Below, in pieces: positions 57,658 to 64,000 of a stretch of 64,000 nucleotides of DNA. The stretch is taken from assembly GCA_963839165.1 (NCBI GenBank), contig CAWIUG010000005.1, forward strand, positions 43,862 through 107,861. Reading direction: 5' to 3'. The notes under the pieces are model-generated. The model had not been told where the DNA came from. It saw only the letters and a program-made list of their open reading frames with translations, and ran no database searches. Each line of letters begins with the position of its first letter. Positions within the stretch are counted from its first letter, which is position 1. Source of the DNA: an uncultured Bacteroidota bacterium. GTDB taxonomy: Bacteria > Bacteroidota > Ignavibacteria > Ignavibacteriales > Ignavibacteriaceae. Both the position numbers and the translations under genes were made by a program.

Positions 57658-59061
57658 ATGGCAAAAAACTATGAAATAGCAATTCTTGGGGGGGGTCCGG
57701 GCGGGTATGTGGCCGCTATACGTGCCGGTCAGCTAGGGTTTAAAACAGTAGTGATCGACTCTCAGAATCTGGGAGGCATCTGCCTGAACTGGGGCTGTAT
57801 TCCTACCAAATCTCTACTTAAAAATGCTGAACTCTATGATCAGATTAAAAATCATAATGATGACTTCGGAATTAAGTATAAAGAGCTCTCTTTCGATTTT
57901 ACCAGGATAATTAAAAGAAGCCGCGAGATATCAGATAGAATAACGCAAAACGTTGAGATACTCGTAAAGAAAAATAAAGTCGACAGGATCCGCGGCTATG
58001 GAAAATTTGCAAATGAAAGACAGATAGACATCTTTGATGATAAGGGAAAGCAGATGGAGTCTGTTACCGCCGACCGTATTATAATTGCTACCGGAGCAAG
58101 ACCACGTACTGTTCCTGCTATCCCTGTCGATCGCAAAATGATTATAACCAGCACAGAAGCTATGCTGCTTGAAAAGCTTCCCGAGGAGTTTGTTGTTATC
58201 GGCGCCGGTGCTATCGGTATTGAGTTCGCATATTTCTATAACGCGCTTGGTTCGAAAGTTACAGTTATAGAGATGCTCGATAATATTCTTCCGGTTGAAG
58301 ATAGGGAAGTATCGCAGACCCTTCAGAGAAGTCTGAAGAAAAAAGGAATGGATATTTTTACAAAAGCTGCTGTTGAAAAAGCAGAGGTTAAAGGAAAAAA
58401 AGTTGAGGTAACCTTTACGGTGAAAGGTGAGAAGAAAACCATTAAGGCCGATAAGGTCTTAAATGCTATTGGAGTTACCGGAAATGTAGAAGGGTTCGGA
58501 CTCGAAGAGCTGGGTATCGAATTATTTAAGAATCATATAAAAGTCGATAAATCAAATTATAGCACTAACATCCGTGGTATTTATGCAATAGGCGATGTTA
58601 TTGGTCCTCCCTGGCTTGCGCACGTGGCCTCTGCCGAGGGGATTCATTGCATTGAAAAGATAAAAGGATTGAACCCTCCGGATATAAACTATCAGAATAT
58701 TCCCGGCTGTACTTATTGTCAGCCCCAGGTTGCAAGCGTGGGACTAACTGAAGATAAAGCTAAAGAAGCGGGCTACGATATTAAGATCGGAAAATTCCCG
58801 TTTATGGCCAGCGGAAAGGCTTTTGCAATCGGAGAACGCGAAGGATTTGTGAAGTTTATTTTCGATGCAAAGTACGGTGAGATACTCGGTGTCCATATCA
58901 TAGGTTCCGAAGCTACCGAGATGATAGCTGAAGTAACTCTCGCTAAGTCCCTTGAAGCTACTGCTGAATCGATTATTAAAACTGTGCACGCGCACCCGAC
59001 TTTGAGTGAATCGGTTATGGAAGCAGCCGCTCAGGCTTACGGAGAAGCGATACATATTTAG
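57658..59061 (+). CDS. lpdA: Dihydrolipoyl dehydrogenase (E3)
   Basis: GGGPGGY FAD motif, redox disulfide GGICLNWGCIPTK, NAD motif GAGAIGIEFA, and the C-terminal HAHPTLSE. Confidence 0.95.
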   Translation: MAKNYEIAILGGGPGGYVAAIRAGQLGFKTVVIDSQNLGGICLNWGCIPTKSLLKNAELYDQIKNHNDDFGIKYKELSFDFTRIIKRSREISDRITQNVEILVKKNKVDRIRGYGKFANERQIDIFDDKGKQMESVTADRIIIATGARPRTVPAIPVDRKMIITSTEAMLLEKLPEEFVVIGAGAIGIEFAYFYNALGSKVTVIEMLDNILPVEDREVSQTLQRSLKKKGMDIFTKAAVEKAEVKGKKVEVTFTVKGEKKTIKADKVLNAIGVTGNVEGFGLEELGIELFKNHIKVDKSNYSTNIRGIYAIGDVIGPPWLAHVASAEGIHCIEKIKGLNPPDINYQNIPGCTYCQPQVASVGLTEDKAKEAGYDIKIGKFPFMASGKAFAIGEREGFVKFIFDAKYGEILGVHIIGSEATEMIAEVTLAKSLEATAESIIKTVHAHPTLSESVMEAAAQAYGEAIHI

Positions 59062-59063
59062 AA

Positions 59064-59091
59064 TTGATAATTGATAATTGACAATTGATAA
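59064..59091. repeat. Tandem heptamer TTGATAA x4 (third copy TTGACAA)
   Basis: Read directly: TTGATAA TTGATAA TTGACAA TTGATAA, starting 3 nt after the lpdA stop and ending 14 nt before the lipB ATG. Confidence 0.9.
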
Positions 59092-59105
59092 TTAAAGAGC
59101 AGTTA

Positions 59106-59813
59106 ATGATGAGTGAGAAGAGAGATTTATATTTCTGCGATCTGGGATTTATTGACTATAAAGAGGCGTGGGATCTGCAGAGAGAGACTTTTGAATTAAG
59201 AGTAAAGAATAAGATCCCTGATGTTATTTATCTTCTCGAACATCCGAACACTTATACTCTGGGAAAAACTGCCGATCATAATAACCTGGTCGGTTCTGAG
59301 GAATATCTTTCGACGAATAAGATATCAGTTTATGATATTGACAGGGGAGGGGATATTACTTATCACGGACCAGGACAGATAGTTGGTTACCCTATAATAA
59401 GTCTAACAGATTGGAAACAGGATACACATAAATACCTCCGCGCACTTGAGGAAACTATTATTAGAACCTGTTCTGAATATGAAATAACCGGCGGAAGGAT
59501 TCCTGAGTACACCGGTGTATGGGTGGAGGACAGGAAGATCGCGGCAATAGGTATTAAAGTAAGCCGCTGGATCACGATGCATGGCTTCGCTTTTAATATA
59601 AATACCGATCTCTCATTCTTCTCAGGGATTGTCCCCTGCGGGATACCGGATAAGGATGTTACTTCAATAAAAAGAGAGATTAAGAGTGATGTACCAATAG
59701 ATGAAGTGAAATCGAAAATTGTCAGGAACTTTGCAGGAATATTTGGTTATACCGATGTCGACCAGGTAACAAAAGGAGAAATATTTTCTGTTAATTTATC
59801 TAAAGTAAAGTGA
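59106..59813 (+). CDS. lipB: Octanoyl/lipoyl transferase
   Basis: LLEHPNTYTLG, RGGDITYHGPGQ, the IGIKVS catalytic Lys context and GIVPCG. ATG at 59106 is preferred over the TTG at 59085. Confidence 0.9.
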   Translation: MMSEKRDLYFCDLGFIDYKEAWDLQRETFELRVKNKIPDVIYLLEHPNTYTLGKTADHNNLVGSEEYLSTNKISVYDIDRGGDITYHGPGQIVGYPIISLTDWKQDTHKYLRALEETIIRTCSEYEITGGRIPEYTGVWVEDRKIAAIGIKVSRWITMHGFAFNINTDLSFFSGIVPCGIPDKDVTSIKREIKSDVPIDEVKSKIVRNFAGIFGYTDVDQVTKGEIFSVNLSKVK

Positions 59814-59823
59814 AAGGTTTGTA

Positions 59824-61962
59824 ATGGCTAAGAGAACCTCAAATAAAAATGACTCTTCAACCAGGAAAAGATCAAAAAAGAGTGATGATGGTAAGGAAAA
59901 CCGCTCGAATGGTAAAGGTGGTAATGGCGTAGATACGAGATCTGCTGAAACCTCGCAAATTTCAAAAGAGGAAGCACATAAGGTCCTTAGATTGATGCTG
60001 CTTGGAAGAACTATTGATAATAAAGCAATGAACCTTTTAAGGCAGGGAAGAACATTCTTTCATATAGCCGGATCAGGACATGAAGCAATACAGGTTGCTG
60101 CAGGTCTTGCTCTTAATCCAAAAAAGGACTGGTTTTTTCCATATTACAGGGATCTGGCCCTTAGTCTTTCTCTGGGTGTAAAACCATACGATTTCTTCCT
60201 TCAAAGCTTCGCAAAGGATGATGATCCTTCAAGCGGTGGGAGACAGCTGCCTTGTCACTGGGGGCATCCTGATATCAATCTGCCGGGACAGTCTAGTCCC
60301 ACAGGTACTCAGTTTCTTCAGGCAGTGGGAGCAGCTTTGGCCCAGGTAAGAAAAGGCGAAAGGAATATCGCTTATGTAAGCAGCGGCGAAGGTACTTCAA
60401 GCCAGGGCGAATTTCATGAAGCTGTAAACTGGGCAAGCAGGGAGAAGCTTCCTGTTCTTTTTGTTATTGAAAATAATAAATATGCTATTTCAGTTCCTGT
60501 GTATCTTCAGAGCGGAGGCAGAGGAGCTTCAGTATCTGAAATGATGGCAGGATTTGCTAACCTGCATCGGGTTAAGGTTGATGGAACCGATTATTTTGAA
60601 TGCGTCGACAAAGTGAAAGAGGCTATCGAATATATAAAAAGCGGCAAAGGTCCCGCTCTGGTTGAAGCTGAGGTAGTAAGACTCTTATCTCATTCCTCAT
60701 CCGATGATCAGAAGAAATACAGAACTCCTGAAGAACTTGAGAAGGATCTGCAGAAAGACCCTATTCAGTTGTTCGTTAAGAAGCTTACATCAATGAAGCT
60801 GATAACCGATGATGAATTTCAAAAGTTGAAAAAAGAGGTCGAGAAAGAAGTAAACGACGCAGCCGATAAAGCGATGAAAGCTGCCGATCCCAAACCTGAA
60901 ACAGCAACGAAGTATATCTTTGATGAGAGTAACCTTAAAGACAACCTTGAGTATGAAAAGAATACTCCTTCAGGAAATAAAGTGGTAATGGTTGATTCGC
61001 TTAACCACGGCCTGATGGAGGAGATGGAAAGGGATGACCGAATTTATATGTTCGGTGAGGATATTGCCGATAATAAAGGTGGAGTGTTTACTGTTACAAA
61101 GGGACTCTCCAATAAGTTCGGATTCGACAGGGTTTTTAATTCTCCCCTGGCTGAGGCTAGCGTCATGGGTGTAGCTGTCGGTATGGCGGTAACAGGATTA
61201 AAGCCTGTGGTTGAGATTCAATTCGGCGACTATATCTGGCCTGCCTTTATGCAGATGAAAAATGAACTGGCCACAATGAGATACCGTACGCATAATACCT
61301 GGTCGGCTCCTGTGGTTATACGTGTTGCTGTAGGTGGTTATATTCATGGAGGATTATATCACAGTCAGAACATCGAATCTATTTTTGCCCATATACCTGG
61401 AATATATATAGCTTTTCCATCTAACGCAGCCGATGCAAAAGGATTATTGAAGACGGCTATCAGACTGAATGATCCGGTGCTCTTCTGTGAGCATAAGGGA
61501 TTGTATAGACAGAGTTCGGCTATGTCACCTGAGCCTGACGCTGATTATCTGGTTCCCTTCGGTAAAGCTAAAGTAGTAAGAGAAGGTACTGATGCTACAG
61601 TAATTTCATACGGAGTATCCCTGTGGGATTCGGTTCTTGCAGCTAAAAAACTTGAAGACGAGGGTTATTCTGTTGAGGTAATCGACCTGCGCACTATCAT
61701 ACCTCTTGATGAAGAAACGATATATAATTCAGTTAAGAAGACGAATAAGGCAATCGTAATTCACGAAGATACCTTAACAGGAGGTTTCGGAGGAGAAATT
61801 GTTGCCCGGATTGCGGATAATTGTTTCCAATACCTTGATGGACCCATTAAAAGGGTTGCCGCAATGGATTCACATATTCCTTATTCACCTATTCTTGAAA
61901 ACGAAATACTGCCTAATCGTAACAGGGTTTACAACGGAATTAAAGAATTATTAGAATTTTAA
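59824..61962 (+). CDS. 2-oxoacid dehydrogenase E1 component, fused alpha-beta subunits
   Basis: 712 aa. The alpha part has the TPP motif (GEGTSSQGEFHEAVNWA..LPVLFVIENNKYAIS). The beta part has (FGEDI..GGVF..T.GL...FG..RVFNSPLAE, DLRTIIPLD). Confidence 0.9.
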   Translation: MAKRTSNKNDSSTRKRSKKSDDGKENRSNGKGGNGVDTRSAETSQISKEEAHKVLRLMLLGRTIDNKAMNLLRQGRTFFHIAGSGHEAIQVAAGLALNPKKDWFFPYYRDLALSLSLGVKPYDFFLQSFAKDDDPSSGGRQLPCHWGHPDINLPGQSSPTGTQFLQAVGAALAQVRKGERNIAYVSSGEGTSSQGEFHEAVNWASREKLPVLFVIENNKYAISVPVYLQSGGRGASVSEMMAGFANLHRVKVDGTDYFECVDKVKEAIEYIKSGKGPALVEAEVVRLLSHSSSDDQKKYRTPEELEKDLQKDPIQLFVKKLTSMKLITDDEFQKLKKEVEKEVNDAADKAMKAADPKPETATKYIFDESNLKDNLEYEKNTPSGNKVVMVDSLNHGLMEEMERDDRIYMFGEDIADNKGGVFTVTKGLSNKFGFDRVFNSPLAEASVMGVAVGMAVTGLKPVVEIQFGDYIWPAFMQMKNELATMRYRTHNTWSAPVVIRVAVGGYIHGGLYHSQNIESIFAHIPGIYIAFPSNAADAKGLLKTAIRLNDPVLFCEHKGLYRQSSAMSPEPDADYLVPFGKAKVVREGTDATVISYGVSLWDSVLAAKKLEDEGYSVEVIDLRTIIPLDEETIYNSVKKTNKAIVIHEDTLTGGFGGEIVARIADNCFQYLDGPIKRVAAMDSHIPYSPILENEILPNRNRVYNGIKELLEF

Positions 61963-61983
61963 AAAGAAACCAGGAGTTTTAAG

Positions 61984-63801
61984 ATGGAAGTCGTAATGCC
62001 TAAAATGGGTGAGAGCGTTAGCGAAGGAACCATAATAAAATGGCTTAAGCAGGAGGGCGATAAAGTAGAACAGGATGAGATAATTTTTGAGATAAGTACC
62101 GATAAGGTCGATACTGAGATCCCCTCTCCCGTAGATGGAGTTCTTCAGCAGATCAAAGTACCGGAAGGTGAAACGGTTGAGGTCGGTACCGTTGTTGCAG
62201 TGATAAATGAGAATGGCGAATCCTCAGGTTCAGCAGCTCCTGCGAAGGAGGAGGCGCCGCGAAAGGTTGAAGTAACCGAGGATAAATCAGAGTCTAAAGA
62301 AGAGAAAGAAGAAGAGATACGTGAGGAAACTGAGAAGAAGGAACCCGAGGTTCAGGAAACTTCTGCCGCTCCTTCTGAAGGCGCTGGAGAAATAATCGAT
62401 ATTGCAATGCCGAAAATGGGTGAATCTGTTATGGAAGGTACTATACTGAAGTGGCATAAGAAGGTGGGTGAGAAGGTAGAAAAAGATGAAACTATTTTTG
62501 AAATAAGCACCGATAAGGTAGATACCGAGGTTCCTTCTCCGGCAGAGGGAAAGATGGCCGAAATACTTGTTGCCGAACAGGAAACTGTTGAGGTAGGAAC
62601 AATAGTAGCAAGACTTTCAACCGGTGAAGGCACCCCCGCAGGTCAGCCTGAGAAGGAAGAAATCCCTCAGGTAACTAAAGCGGAAAAACCAGCAGAGGAG
62701 AAACCCTCTACTAAACAAGCGGATGCCTCTGCACAGCAGAAACAGAAAACCCCCGGACAGGTAAACGAAGCGTCCTCCGGCGGCTCAACACAAAAAACAG
62801 AATCCCTCGAGGGAGAAAACAGCGGATTTTATTCGCCTCTTGTACTGAATATTGCCAGAAAGGAAAATGTCAGCTTCGATGAGCTTTCACGAATTAAGGG
62901 AACAGGACTTGAAGGACGTTTAAGCAAAAAAGATATCCTCGCTTACATCGAATCGAGAGGTGAAGCTAAAGAAGCTCCTGCTGAACAGCCGGCTGCTCCT
63001 GCTCAAACAGCACCTGCTCAAAAAGCTCAACCAGCTACAGCTCAAAAGGCTCAGCCCGCCCCGGCACAACCCTCGTTTACAGGACAGGTGTCCGGTAATA
63101 TCGAACGGATCCCAATGGATAATATCAGGCAGAAAATCATGCAGCATATGGTCAACAGTCGCGATACTTCTGTTCACGTTACTACAATGCTTGAAGTTGA
63201 TATGACAAAAATTCACAACTTTATTCAGAAGAATAAAGAAGAATACCTGAAGAGGGAAGGTTTTAAGCTTACCTATATGGCTTTCATAGCGAATGCTTCG
63301 GTAAAAGCATTAAAAGAATTTCCTCTCGTCAATTCATCCATTGATGGAACAGCAATACTTCAGAAACGATTCATTAACCTTGGAATAGCGGTAGCTGTTG
63401 AACCGACTGGTCTTATTGTCCCGAACATTAAATCCGCAGATGAACGAAATATAACCGGACTTGCAAAAGCAATAAATGATGTTGCGACCAGGGCAAGAAC
63501 CAAAAAGCTTACTCCCGATGATATAACCGGAGGAACATTTACGATTACTAATTATGGTTTATTCGGTGCTATATTTGGAACGCCGATTATAAATCAGCCG
63601 GAGGTTGCAATTCTTGGTGTCGGTACGATCGCAAAAAAACCAGTTGTAATAGATGTTGATGGTTCGGATACCATAGCCATTAAACCGATGATGGCATTAA
63701 CACTCGCACACGATCACAGGTTAATTGATGGAATGCTCGGTGGGAAATTCCTGAAGTTTGTAAAAGATACCCTCGAGAGTTTTGATCCGTCAACAATGTA
63801 A
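61984..63801 (+). CDS. Dihydrolipoamide acyltransferase (E2) with two lipoyl domains
   Basis: Two copies of MPKMGESV.EGTI.KW...G..V..DE.IFEISTDKVDTE.PSP, a peripheral-subunit-binding domain (SPLVLNIARKENVSFDEL..GTG..GR), and the catalytic DHRLIDG. Confidence 0.95.
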   Translation: MEVVMPKMGESVSEGTIIKWLKQEGDKVEQDEIIFEISTDKVDTEIPSPVDGVLQQIKVPEGETVEVGTVVAVINENGESSGSAAPAKEEAPRKVEVTEDKSESKEEKEEEIREETEKKEPEVQETSAAPSEGAGEIIDIAMPKMGESVMEGTILKWHKKVGEKVEKDETIFEISTDKVDTEVPSPAEGKMAEILVAEQETVEVGTIVARLSTGEGTPAGQPEKEEIPQVTKAEKPAEEKPSTKQADASAQQKQKTPGQVNEASSGGSTQKTESLEGENSGFYSPLVLNIARKENVSFDELSRIKGTGLEGRLSKKDILAYIESRGEAKEAPAEQPAAPAQTAPAQKAQPATAQKAQPAPAQPSFTGQVSGNIERIPMDNIRQKIMQHMVNSRDTSVHVTTMLEVDMTKIHNFIQKNKEEYLKREGFKLTYMAFIANASVKALKEFPLVNSSIDGTAILQKRFINLGIAVAVEPTGLIVPNIKSADERNITGLAKAINDVATRARTKKLTPDDITGGTFTITNYGLFGAIFGTPIINQPEVAILGVGTIAKKPVVIDVDGSDTIAIKPMMALTLAHDHRLIDGMLGGKFLKFVKDTLESFDPSTM

Positions 63802-63816
63802 AACAGAATAAGATTT

Positions 63817-64000
63817 ATGAGAACTATAAACGCATATCAACGAGCAGCAAAAGAAAAACTTGAGCAGGAAAAACAGTCGCCGGGAAAAAGACCCGAATGG
63901 CTGAAAGTTAAACTGCCTACTGGTGAGAATTACGCCAATGTAAGAACTCTTATGAGGAAACAGCATCTCCACACAGTATGTGAAGAGGCCCGGTGTCCTA
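63817..64000 (+). CDS. lipA: Lipoyl synthase, N-terminal part (3' end outside the window)
   Basis: [31 protein letters not shown]: the LipA N-terminal Cys motif begins at the window edge. Confidence 0.9.
   Translation, partial: MRTINAYQRAAKEKLEQEKQSPGKRPEWLKVKLPTGENYANVRTLMRKQHLHTVCEEARCP

Overview
A dense, AT-rich (about 40% GC by eye) chromosomal segment with about 55 protein genes and 2 tRNAs. I could not recognise any transposase, integrase, CRISPR array, toxin-antitoxin pair or known defence gene.

Lineage signals point to an FCB-group bacterium (Ignavibacteriota/Bacteroidota-like). These are T9SS C-terminal sorting domains, a CarboxypepD_reg-type TonB receptor with downstream lipoproteins, and TAnnTTTG promoter boxes.

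Gene content in order:
- dus (5' truncated), PAP2-like membrane protein, PolX, enoyl-CoA hydratase, apt (frameshifted), rsmI
- lysine catabolism: lat, Rrf2 regulator, ALDH7-type dehydrogenase
- Prc protease, a lone receiver domain, purB-htrA-plsY, tRNA-Gly and tRNA-Cys, an orphan STAS protein, pcm
- an archaeal-type HMG-CoA synthase / thiolase / DUF35 operon, followed by a split AtuA (DUF1446) pair
- prfB with its classical +1 recoding site
- a tightly overlapped GNAT / racemase / Na-solute symporter / M20D amidohydrolase / alanine racemase operon
- a BNR-propeller T9SS cargo protein
- a trehalose locus: a heavily frame-disrupted treS-mak fusion beside intact treZ, GH57 and treY
- rpiA and an ACC-deaminase-family gene
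- a TonB receptor / DUF4249-like / double-rhodanese lipoprotein operon
- an acetate-switch module: satP, acs, a reversed-order Pat (frameshifted), acuB, acuC
- a self-contained 2-oxoacid dehydrogenase cluster: lpdA, lipB, fused E1 alpha-beta, E2, lipA (3' truncated)

I found no obvious defence or mobile system. The most notable observations:
1. About 13 single-nucleotide indels are concentrated in the 3.3-kb treS-mak gene, while its neighbours are intact.
2. The archaeal-style thiolase/HMGCS/DUF35 trio sits next to a split AtuA of unknown function.
3. The PolX has all three palm carboxylates substituted but an intact PHP domain.
4. The TonB-receptor operon ends in a lipoprotein with two Cys-to-Ser rhodanese domains.
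5. The racemase/GNAT/aminoacylase/transporter operon has no assigned pathway.
6. There is an 11-bp x5 tandem repeat, and a terminator-capped orphan region that could be a small RNA.

All family assignments come from reading motifs in the supplied translations. No database search was run.
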